Below, one piece after another: positions 1-10,915 of a stretch of DNA of 64,000 nt. Under the pieces are notes generated by a model. That model did not search any database. It was not told the origin of the DNA and worked only from the letters and a program-made list of their open reading frames with translations. The stretch is from the NCBI GenBank assembly GCA_054600435.1, contig BAAIJX010000018.1, positions 310,001 through 374,000 of the forward strand, written 5' to 3'. A program made the translations under genes and the position numbers. Numbering within the stretch: position 1 is the stretch's first letter; every line of letters begins with the position of its first letter. Origin of the DNA: Neophaeotheca triangularis (Eukaryota).

Positions 1-1601
1 GTTAATAACATCCTACGAGACCTGCTTAACATTACTGTTATTACCTATATTGACGACATATTAGTCTTTACGAAAAGATTATGAGAATAGTATACTAAGG
101 ACATATATACTATATTCGAATGACTCAATAAGGTAGACTTTAGGATAGTACTAGAGAAGTACGAGTTCTATAAAAAGGAAGTCGACTTTCTAGGCTTTAT
201 GATTAGCACTACTAGGATCTAAATAGATCTAAAGAAAACTTAATCGATCGAGGAATAGCTAACACCTAAGTTAGTTAAGGACATCTAAGCGTTCCTCGGA
301 CTAGCTAACTATAATCAGAAATTCGTGTAAGACTATTTAAGGCTCGCTATACCTCTAACTAATCTTATAAAGAAAGATATACTATTCATATAGGGAAAGA
401 TTTAACAACAATCCTTCGATAAGCTTAAGGAGTTATATATGACTACCTCTATACTTAGGATGTTCGACCCTAAGAGACCTATCTAAATCGAAACCGATAC
501 CTCTAATAGAGTAATAGGAGCTTGCCTTATATAGGAGGTTAAAAGCAAACGATACCCTATTGCCTACTTCTTAAGGAAGATGTTACTAGTAGAATAGAAT
601 TACGAGATCTATAATAAAGAACTACTCGTAATTATTATAATATTATGATACTAGAGAATATACTATAAAGGAGTAACTAGACTAACTATTTACTTAGATC
701 ATAAGAACCTATAATACTTCATAACTACTAAGGAACTATTACGCTAAAAATATAGATAGTTAGAGCTACTTAGACAATATAAGTTTAACATAGTCTACAC
801 TCCCGGAAAAGATAATAGGCATGTAGATATGCTAAGTAGAAGAAGCGACTATATAGAAGGGTACCTTCTATAGTAATACTATATACTAAAGGTTAATAAG
901 GATAGAAGCCTAAGCGCTAACCCTTAGGAATTTAACTTAGTATTATAAGTACTATAGGATGATACTGAAGAATTCCCTATCGAACATAGGAAGTTTAGGG
1001 TTCTAAATAAAAAGGAACGCTAGTGTATCTAGGACTACTATAATAGACCTACTAACGGACATCTAGGAATCGCTAGAGTAGTAGAACATATTAGACATAA
1101 CTTCATATTCCCTAGAATAAGACAGAAGGTCTTAGAGTACATTAAGAAATATATGAGCTACTAATAAAATAAAGCTTTGAGACATGCTAAATATAGAAAC
1201 CTATAATTCTAGGAGCTACTAGATCTACTATAGAATAAGGTTATAATGGATTTTATCATTAAGTTACTAAGATCTAAGGACCTGTTAACAAGTAAGGACT
1301 ATGATTTAATTCTAGTTATAGTCGATAGACTTACGAAGTATTCACATTTCGTTCCCTATAACGAGATAATTACTATAGAGGAACTCGGATACCTTATTCT
1401 CGACAGATTAGTATAATACTATAGCATTCCTACAGTTCTAATTATAGATAGAGATAAGCTCTTTACATCTAACTACTAGAAAACCTTGATTTTAGTAATT
1501 AGAGTGAAACATGAACTATCGACAGCATTTTACCTAGAAACTAATAGATAGATAGAATGCTTAAACTAATCCCTCGAAACATACTTAAGACATTATGTTA
1601 A

Positions 1602-2044
1602 TGTTACGGGATTTCCCGAACACAGGATTTCATTAGTTAGTATAGAAGGATTAAGAGCTAAGGAACGTAGCGTCTCGACAAAACGCGGTCGAGCTGCATC
1701 CTAACCACACTTCGGCCGAAGACTTATGCTATGTCTCGCTTAGCTCGCGTCGAGACAGTCGACCTTGCTCGACTACTCGACGGGCGAGATGGCGAGCAGA
1801 AATCGACTATCTCGAGAACGAGACAGTCGAGACACACGAATCTCCTTTGTATTTAGGTAGCGACATTTCCTAGATAGAGATTTATGTTCAACTTATGTTA
1901 CAATCTTACTAAAAGGTCTATAGCGACACTTCACGTATCTTTGAAATCCTTACGACAAAGGAAACACCCTTGCTAGCCTTCTTCGATATCTCTCCTCTTC
2001 CGCTACGAGCTCTACCCGTGAGACTACCTTGTAGGATCGCAACA
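1602..2044 (+). repeat. 5' LTR of copy B
   Basis: TGTTACGGG...GGATCGCAACA. Differs from the 3' LTR at about nine positions, all RIP-type transitions. Confidence 0.97.
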
Positions 2045-2084
2045 CTTTGAACACCCTCTAGGAAAGAGAGATTAATAGGCAAGT

Positions 2085-4304
2085 ATGTCCCTATCCGATA
2101 ACCGAGACGTAAGCGTCGCTAGCACTTAACGAGGAGTATCGACTATGACGACTAATAAGGTTGCCAAACCGGACTACTTCTATAGCAAACGTAACAAGCT
2201 AGACGACTAGGTCAACTAGATGATGATGTTCTTTCTCATAGAAAGCATTAGTGAGTAGAAGCAACCTCTTACTACTACTTCTTTCCTTCGAGGAGAAGCT
2301 TAACACTAGATCCGCCCTAAGCTTACAGATTTCCTTATGGAATGAATCGACCCTAAAGGACTATTCTCGAACTAGAAGTCTTTTGTTAAGGTCATCCGCA
2401 ACGTCTATAGATTAAGCAACGATCGACAAGTTGCTATCTGAATGATTTAGCACCTCACGTAGAAAACGTCTACCTCTTAGTATACTGCCAAGTTTTAGGA
2501 GCACTTAGCTAAGACTGACTAGGACGACAACGCTCTTATGACTATGTACTATCGAGGACTTAAGGACAACGTGAAGGACGAACTTATACGCCACGGAGGC
2601 GATTAGTCAACTCTCCCCGGAATGATCAGATCGGCGATCGAAGTTAATGACGCGCTCTACGAACGGTTTATGGAAAAACGCCACACTAGACAATTTCGCG
2701 GACGAACTGGCTATGCTACCGGTAGCCGGCCTGTCGGTTAGCAACGTCGCGATCCTAATGCGATAGAACTCGACTCCACGTAACAGCGTCCTAAGAAGGG
2801 TAGGGATAGAGGACGGGGCAAACAGAACGCCCTAGGCAAGAAACGGAACGGACCGGAATGCTACAACTGCCACAAGATAGGGCACTATGCACGAGACTAC
2901 TATGGGAAATAGATGTACCCACGATAGGAGGTTAATGCGATTTTGACCCGATAGGATAACGACTCTCCTACTGATAAGAGCTGCGGAGCTTACGACATTA
3001 CCGGAACCTACGAAGAACCGGAGCATAACGAACTTCACTAGAGGTTTTGTAAGAGGGATTACTGTTTAGTGCACAAAAGTCAGGGACTAGTGACTAACGG
3101 AATACCTATTAGACCTCGGAAGGAAGTGAACGTCATCGAACGAGTTACCCTAAAGTCCGGAACGGACGCGCTAATCGAGCAATACTAGAAGCTTAGGGAG
3201 TTTCATGATAACTTAGTTAGTTATAAGGAGTAGACTGAAGAACACTTTAACCTTATAATCTAAGTAGCTAATCAAATAGCAGATCTCGACGACAGGATTA
3301 AGGCTACAGTAGACGAAGAATCTAAGCAACTATGTAAGCCTTAGAAGGAACTCAACATGATGTCAAGACGCTAACCACTACAGTAGTTAAGGGACGATAG
3401 TAATGTAGCCCGAGGAAGGTCCCTACCTCTATTTGCATAGGAGGACGACAAACTGCAAGAAAACCAAGCACCATCACCGATGATGGTACTACTAACACCC
3501 GACTTAGATAACGAAGAAATATCTTAGACACCGGAACTCACTACGATCATACTAACACTGGAGATTAGCCCCTTAAGACTATCGATGCCTCTAGAAATTC
3601 TAGAGTCTTAAGAAGACACGATAGTAATGGATTCCGAAGACGACTCCGAATACGAATATACCGACGACGAAGAACCCGATGATAACGATACCTTAGAGTT
3701 CATTGTGGAAGGACCCGCACCAATTAAGAAAATGGTTACCTACATCGCACGATCGTATAAAGAAGTGTTCCCAAGGATCCAAGGCAAACGACGCTTCGAA
3801 CCTAATCAATTCGAAGCCATGCTTATGCGACTACGAGCAATGTTCTAGGACTACCGAAAGGTCGCTGTCGAGTATGACGCCGCCACCTTTATCTAAGATA
3901 GGCTACTAATGGGAAGCACTTTCTACGGAGAAAACGGCTACATTATGCTAGATAGGATACGGATCCTATACACGATAAGATAACGAGTTAAGACAGTCAA
4001 GAATCGTTATAGAGAATTCTAGCTCATCTAGGAGCAGTAGAGAGAGGAAGAAATCATGCTTCAAGAAATGAAGAAACAAGCATAGGATTCCTTGGACCAA
4101 TAGACAATAGTACCACGCGAGAAGTTTCTACTACTAGTCGACCGAAAGATGATTCTCGGACATATTAGAGCGACTACACGAGGACCTATCACCGCATACG
4201 CAATCTAAGGAAAAGTCACGATTAGACCTTAGGACGGACCCCTTTACTAGGAAGTCTCTCTCGAGACAGCGGATTCATCTACCTACTTCTCAAAAAACGA
4301 ATAG
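2085..4304 (+). pseudogene. gag: gag of copy B (RIP-disrupted, ~739 codons)
   Basis: ATG at 2085. Zinc knuckle CYNCHKxGHYARD(C) at ~2860. ORF-track fragment 3627-3848 is in the same frame. Ends A AAA AAC GAA TAG (slippery heptamer 4292-4298). Confidence 0.85.
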
Positions 4305-7300
4305 GACCTATCGCTAAGAGCGAGCGTTAGGAACTAAACAACACAAATACTTAACACGAAATAGCATTAGGAACGGTCTTCCGAACAACATGTACTGTCG
4401 ATGGATATGAAACCTTTGCTATAATAGATTCCGGAGCTAGCGGAAACTTTATCTCGGAAACGTTCGTACATCAGTATGGGCTAGCTACCCAGAAGAAAAC
4501 AGATGGCGGGTACGAACTGATGGCCGTGGACGGCTTATCACTACCCGACGTAGATAGCGAAACAGTACCGCTACTACTTGTCTTCTAAGAGCATCATGAG
4601 CGAATTGTCCTAGATGTTATGCCTATAGCTAGACATGACATCGTTCTAGGCACTCCTTGGTTAGAACGACACAATCCTATAGTGGATTAGAGAAAACGAG
4701 TACTCACATTCGATAGGTGTAGTTGCGTCACTATAACCTACCCTGCGCGCCGGCAGCGATCGACGGCAGATGAGAGAAGGCAGATTAATGAAACGTATCG
4801 CCAATCGACTACGATACTAATACGAATTAGATCGAACTCTATAGGTACCGAACTAGCCTAAACGGACTAGTAGGTAAGAGTTGAGGAAGGAAGTCACGTA
4901 CCTTTAGATATCCCTAGAGAATTTAGGAAATAGAAGCGCCTTTTCTAGGAAGAGGAAGGAGTAGCCGCTCTACCTAGACATTAACTATAGGACTACCGAA
5001 TCGACATTCAGCCCGGTACGAAAATACCATAGGGGCCACTTTATGCGCTATCCGAAAAAGAGCTCGAAGAGTAACAATAATGGCTAGATAAAAAAATGAA
5101 GAAAGGATGGATTCGACCCTCCACTTCATTAGCCGCTTTACCACCGTTTTTCGTTCCGAAGAAAGGAGGAAAACTACGAATAGTTATCGATTTCAGACGA
5201 CTCAATGCGATCACCACTAAAAACCGTTATCCACTGCCTAACATCGACGAGATGAGAGATCGACTTACCGGTTCACACTGGTTCACTAAAATCGATCTCC
5301 GAGATGCATTCTATTTAGTTAGAATAGTAAGGGGGGAAGAGTGGAAAACAGCTTTTTGAACGCGCTACAGACTTTACGAATTCTAGGTTATGCCTATAGG
5401 ACTTACAAATGCCCTAGTAACCTGTTAGCAACTCGTTAACGACATCCTACGAGACCTACTCGATATTACTGTTATCGCCTACATCGACGACATACTGGTC
5501 TTCACGAAAGGATCACAAGAACAGCATACTAAGGACGTACACGCGGTATTCGGACGACTCGATAAAGTAGACTTTAGAACAGTACTAGAGAAATGCGAGT
5601 TCTACAAGAAGGAAGTCGACTTTCTAGGTTTTATGATTAGCACTACCGGGATCCGAATAGACCCGAAGAAAACTTAATCGATCGAGGAATGGCTAACACC
5701 TAAGTTAGTTAAGGACATCTAAGCATTCCTCGGATTAGCTAACTATAATCGGAAATTCGTGCAGGATTATTTAAGGCTTACTACGCCTCTAACTAACCTC
5801 ACGAAGAAGGACATACTATTCGTATAGGGAAAGATTTAACAACAATCCTTCGACAAGCTTAAGGAGTTATGCATGACTGCCCCTACGCTTAGGATGTTTA
5901 ACCCTAAGAGACCTATCTAAATCGAAACCGATGTATCCGATAGAGCAATAGGAGCTTGCCTTACGTAGGAGGTTGAAAGCAAACGACACCCTATCGCTTA
6001 CTTTTCAAGAAAGATGTCACTAGCGGAACAGAACTACGAGATCTACGACAAAGAACTGCTCGTAATCGTTGTAGCATTGCGATACTAGAGAGTATACTGT
6101 GAAGGAGTAACCGGACTGACTATTTACTCGGATTATAAGAACCTATAATACTTCACAACTACTAAGGAACTGTTACGCCGACAATGTAGATAGTTAGAGC
6201 TACTTAGACAATATAAGTTCGACATAATCTACACTCCTGGGAAAGACAATGGGCGCGCCGACGCGCTAAGTAGAAGAGGCGACTACATAGAAGGACACCT
6301 TCTATAGTAATACCGCATACTGAAGGTTAATAAGGACGGAAGCCTAAGTGCTAACCCTCGGGAATTTAACTTAGTACTGCGAGTACTACGGGATGATACC
6401 GAGGAATTCCCTGTCGAACATAGGAAGTTTAGGGTTCTAAACGAAAAGGAACGCCAGTACATCTAGGACCACTACGATAGACCTACTAACGGACATCTAG
6501 GAATCGCTAGAATAGTAGAACACATTAGACGCAACTTCGTGTTCCCTAGAATGAGACAGAAGGTCTTAGAGTACATCAAGAAATGTACGAGCTGCTAACA
6601 AAACAAAGCTTCGAGACACGCTAAATATGGAAACCTATAATTCTAGGAGCCACCGGATCTACCATGGAACGAGGTCACGATAGATTTCATCATTAAGCTA
6701 CCGAGATCTAGAGACCTATTAACAGACAAGGACTACGATTCGATCTTAGTCATAGTCGACAGACTTACGAAGTATTCACATTTCGTTCCCTATAATAAGA
6801 TAATTACTGTAGAAGAGCTCGGGTACCTTGTTCTCGACAGATTAGTACGATACCACGGCATTCTAACGGTTCTGATCACGGATAGAGACAAGCTCTTCAC
6901 ATCTAACTACTAGAAGACCTTGATTTCAGCAATCGGAGTGAAACACAAGCTATTAACAGCATTTCACCCGGAAACTGACAGACAGATAGAACGCTTAAAC
7001 TAATCCCTCGAAACGTACTTACGACATTATGTCAATTACGCTCAGGATAATTGGGTTGTACTCTTACCTATAGTACAGCTCGCACTTAACAACAATGCCT
7101 TAGAAACGACAGGCATAACTCCGTTCTACGCGAACTTCGGAAAAGATCTAAACACCTTTATGGAGCTAAAGCTAGGACTACTCGCGGAAAGAGCCCTATA
7201 AACATCTTCGCAGCTATAGGAAGCACACAAACAAGCGAAAGACAAGATCACGCAGTCGTAGCGGCGACTCGAATCGCAAAGACATAAAGACTCTAAAACG

Positions 7301-7726
7301 GCACCTTAGCTTAAGAAGGGGGATAAGGTGTACTTACTTACGAAAAACCTGAAGACAAGGAGACAAACACGAAAACTGGACCATGTCAAGGTCGGACCGT
7401 TTCTAGTTAAAGAACAAAGGGGAAAAGTCAACTACCTCCTCTAACTCCCGAGAGACGCTAGAGTCTATCTAGTATTCCATATATCCTTGCTCGAACCAGT
7501 AGACGCCGAAACACCTATCTAGGACACCTTCTACCACGATCTACTAGAGGAAGAAGCCGAATACGAGGTCGAAAAGATTCTAGATAAAGACGGTTAGAAC
7601 TACCTCGTAAAGTGGAAAGGGTATCCTACAAGCGAAAACACTTGGGAACCTAAGGACAACTTACTTAACTACTAGAAGCTGTTACGACAGTATCGCTAGG
7701 CAGGAAAGGGTCGGTCGCGTTGTTGA
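4292..7726 (+). pseudogene. pol: pol of copy B (protease, RT, RNase H, integrase, chromodomain), -1 frame relative to gag
   Basis: IDSGASGNF protease (~4425). RT fragment KKGWIRPS...FTKIDLRDAF (5096-5359) and YIDDIL (~5480). RNase H IETDxSD. Integrase. Chromodomain YEVEKILD...YLVKWKGYP.SENTWEP (~7562-7650). Internal stops are RIP-type. Confidence 0.93.
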
Positions 7727-8162
7727 TGAAGTCTAGCGATGACTAGACAGTAGGAGAAAGACCTACGGTCGCATCCGTAGCAGGACAATCCTCCGACTCT
7801 AGCTCTCCTAATACGTCTATCTCTAACATAAGACACTTAGCCTTACGGCGAGCACGCGCCTTAGCCTAACGAAGAATCGCTTTATTATGCATCAACCGAG
7901 CCATGATGCGAGCCAACTCCTCCTTATCCTTATCAACCTTTTTCTAGTATTCCTCCCGAGTACGATCTAGGGAAGCCTACGACAGATTGACGCACGCCTT
8001 GCCCTGACGAACGCACTCTAAACATTTCAGTCTAGAAGAACTCTCTATGGCGATGCAGTCGTGGCTAGAAGAAAAACAGCGATCATAAGGGAATAGAACT
8101 GGGTAACCGTTACGTTGAATCTCTTGAGTAAGACGAAGGCGGTTTTGTTTCGAGCGGGACAT
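7665..8162 (-). pseudogene. Antisense accessory ORF of copy B: Zn(II)2Cys6-like cluster plus coiled coil (~165 aa after RIP reversion)
   Basis: ORF track gives MSRSKQNRLRL...P[Y>C]DRC-x6-C-x10-CLEC-x6-C. The frame continues through TAG codons (revertible to TGG/CAG) to a stop at 7665 that overlaps the end of pol. Confidence 0.8.
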
Positions 8163-8252
8163 CGTAAGATGACGAGAGAAGAGAGAAGTGGGGAAAGGAG
8201 CTATTTACTAAGTTACGGACCGCTTAGGATAAGCGCCCTAGGAGAGGGATAG

Positions 8253-8695
8253 TGTTACGGGATTTCCCGAACACAGGATTTTATTAGTTAGTATAGAAGG
8301 ATCAAGAGCTAAGGAACGTAGCGTCTCGACAAAACGCGGTCGAGCTGCATCCTGACCACACTTCGGCCGAAGACTCATGCCATGTCTCGCTTAGCTCGCG
8401 TCGAGACAGTCGACCTTGCTCGACTACTCGACGGGCGAGATGGCGAGCAGAAATCGACTATCTCGAGAACGAGACAGTCGAGACACACGAATCTCCTTTG
8501 TATTTAGGTAGCGACATTTCCTAGATAGAGATTTGTGTTTAACTTATGTTACAATCTTACTGAAAGGTCTATAGCGACACTTCACGTATCTTTGAAATCC
8601 TTACGACAAAGGAAACACCCTTGCTAGCCTTCTTCGATATCTCTCCTCTTCCGCTACGAGCTCTACCCGTAAGACTACCTTGTAGGATCGCAACA
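8253..8695 (+). repeat. 3' LTR of copy B
   Basis: Direct repeat of 1602-2044, preceded by the PPT and followed by TSD GTTAA. Confidence 0.97.
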
Positions 8696-9329
8696 GTTAA
8701 CTATACTTAGGATAATTAGGTAGCGCTCTTACCTATAGTATAGCTCGTACTTAATAACAATATCTTAGAAACGATAGGCATAACTCTATTCTATATAAAC
8801 TTTAGAAAAGATCTAAATATCTTTATAGAACTAAAGTTAGGACTACTTATAGAAAGAGCCCTATAAATATCTTTATAGCTATAGGAAGTACATAAATAGG
8901 TAAAAGACAAAATCATATAGTTATAGTAGCGACTTAAGTAATAAAGATATAAGGACTCTAAAACAGTATCTTAGCTTAAGAAGGGGGATAAGGTATACCT
9001 ACTCATGAAAAACCTAAAGATAAGGAGATAAACATGAAAACTAGACTATGTTAAAGTCGGACTATTTCTAGTTGAAGAATAAAGAGGAAAAGTTAACTAC
9101 CTCCTCTAACTCCTAAAAGACGCTAGAATCTACCTAGTCTTCTATATATCCTTACTCGAACTAGTAGACCCTAAAACACTAATCTAAGACATCTTTTACT
9201 ATAATCTACTAGAGGAAGAAGCTAAGTATAAGGTCGAAAAGATTCTAGATAAGGATGGTTAGAACTACCTCATAAAATAGAAAGGTTACTATATAAGCGA
9301 AAACACTTAGGAACCTAAGGACAACTTAC

Positions 9330-9929
9330 TTAACTACTAGAAGGCCCTATAACAATATCATTAGGACCGAAATCCTAAAGCTCGGAAGGAAGATCTAAGC
9401 TGTTAATAGTACTCTAGTCCTATATCGACATCTCTAGAATACTAATAAAGCCTAGACGCTACATAACCTTAACCCTAGTATTAACTAGACCTAAGAGATC
9501 TTCCTCTAACTAATCTACTTACTCTAAATCCTCTAACTCTCTAGACACTATAGTTTCCATATAACCCTTAGTATAATGAAGCTGTTTCTATAACCGCAAC
9601 TTTTTCGAATAATACTTATGTAGTTTTTGTAAAAGCTCGAGCTCCTCCTCCTTACACTCCTCTAACTACTATTATAGTTTGTTATGTAAATCTCTCCATT
9701 TTTCCTACTTAGGATAACTAAGCTTTATGTTATACTTAGTATACCCTTTATATATACATTCTGAACACTAACTAGATCGAGTACTAATCACATATCATAC
9801 TAGTTCAGCTAAAGGCGATTTCCTTATAGATCGGTAGGCTAAATAGGGTACTATATTAGTTATTCTAGACTTCTCGATTTTAGCTAAAAGATTAAGACGT
9901 TATTATTTATAGGATAGGGTAGAAGACAT
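9330..9929 (-). pseudogene. Antisense accessory ORF of copy A: divergent Cys6 cluster plus coiled coil (~199 codons)
   Basis: Manual translation from ATG 9929 stays in one frame to the same TCT AGT AGT TAA end seen in B and C. RIP-reverted pattern C-x2-C-x13-C-x8-CSEC-x7-C, followed by an E/K/L-rich helical region. Confidence 0.7.
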
Positions 9930-10015
9930 CGTGAAACTTAATAACAAAAAACGATATAAGGAATAACGGAACTTTATTAGGCTTCGAGGACAAAGCTAGG
10001 CTAAAAGGGGGATAG

Positions 10016-10434
10016 TGTTATAGCTAAGCTAAGTAGAGCTAGAATCCCTAGTCTAAGCTAGGGTCTAACCCTAAAGCTTACTAGACACATGATCTTAGAA
10101 CTAGCTAAGACATTCGCTTAGACTTTAACTAAGTATGCTTGCTTAGACTTAGACTAAGTCTAAGCTAGGACACTTAGGATTAGTCTAATCCTAAGCACGA
10201 TAGATTAGTTAAGGACTAATCTAACATGAATCTCCTATATATATAGCTAGCGATATTTCCTAGGTAGAGATTTATGTTTAACTTATGTTATAATCTTACT
10301 AAAAGGTCTATAGCGATACTTTACATATCTTTAAAATCCTTATGATAAAGGAAACACCCTTACTAGCCTTCTTCGATATCTCTCCTCTTCTACTATAAGC
10401 TCTACCTATAAGACTACCTTATAGGATCGTAATA
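10016..10434 (+). repeat. 3' LTR of copy A (419 bp): R-U5 matches copy B, U3 unrelated
   Basis: Starts TGTTA after the PPT. ~10224-10434 aligns with 1835-2044. Ends GGATCGTAATA (RIP form of GGATCGCAACA). Confidence 0.9.
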
Positions 10435-10722
10435 TAGAGGTTATTCTATACCTATTAGGTAGTTTTAGAAATATTAAAGGGGTAGGTAGGTAATGTCTAT
10501 ATTATTATTAGATTAATGTTAGGAGGGTAGTGTTATTATTAGATTAATGTTAGGAGAGTAGACGAGATTCATGAACGTGGTTAGGAGTGCTAAGACGCGC
10601 TTAGAGGATTCTATGATGTCTAGAGAAGGTCGGATATTAGGTTACATAGTAGTAGTATTTCTCTAAGGCGCGAGGTGATTACTATTAGGCAATATTAGAA
10701 AGACGATGTAACAATTGCTTAT

Positions 10723-10915
10723 AGTTATATTTCTGTTAGGTATATAGCACATTATTTGCTATTAGATTTCTATTAGATACGAGGGAAAAGAGTGCGGCCT
10801 CGGGCACGTGACCTATAGTTCCTATTAGATTTCTATTAGCTATACGGTACATTGTTTACTATTAGATTTCTGTTAGCTATACAGTACATTGTTTACTATT
10901 AGATTTCTGTTAGAT
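10723..10915. repeat. RIP-affected ~37-bp tandem repeat (CTATTAGATTTCTRTTAGCTATACRGTACATTGTTTA) in a relic of unidentified repeat DNA
   Basis: Copies at 10822-10858 and 10859-10895, a partial copy at 10896-10913, and a degenerate copy at ~10723-10777. A separate ~24-bp duplication lies at ~10500-10557. Confidence 0.75.

Larger units (their letters stand above)
1602..8695 (+). mobile_element. Full-length chromovirus LTR retrotransposon copy B (7094 bp), RIP-inactivated, nested in copy A
   Basis: 443-bp TG...CA LTRs at both ends. 5-bp TSD GTTAA at 1597-1601 and 8696-8700. Domain order gag(CCHC)-PR-RT-RH-INT-chromodomain. PPT AGGAGAGGGATAG at 8240-8252. Confidence 0.97.
1..10434 (+). mobile_element. 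Chromovirus (Ty3/gypsy) LTR retrotransposon copy A; 5' part outside the window, heavily RIP-mutated, interrupted in integrase by copy B
   Basis: 1-1601 is colinear with the RT/RNase H/integrase part of copy B (~5434-7036). It resumes at 8701 with the integrase C-terminus and chromodomain (~9227-9340). PPT-like AAAAGGGGGATAG precedes the 3' LTR at 10016. Many TAA/TAG stops from CA->TA and TG->TA. Confidence 0.93.

Noticed and set aside
1602..8695. Naming the A/B/C family as a specific published element such as CfT-1
   Set aside because: Size and organisation are similar, but identity cannot be verified without alignment.
10723..10915. Regularly spaced ~37-bp repeats resembling a CRISPR array
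   Set aside because: Head-to-tail units without unique spacers, eukaryotic context, no cas genes.
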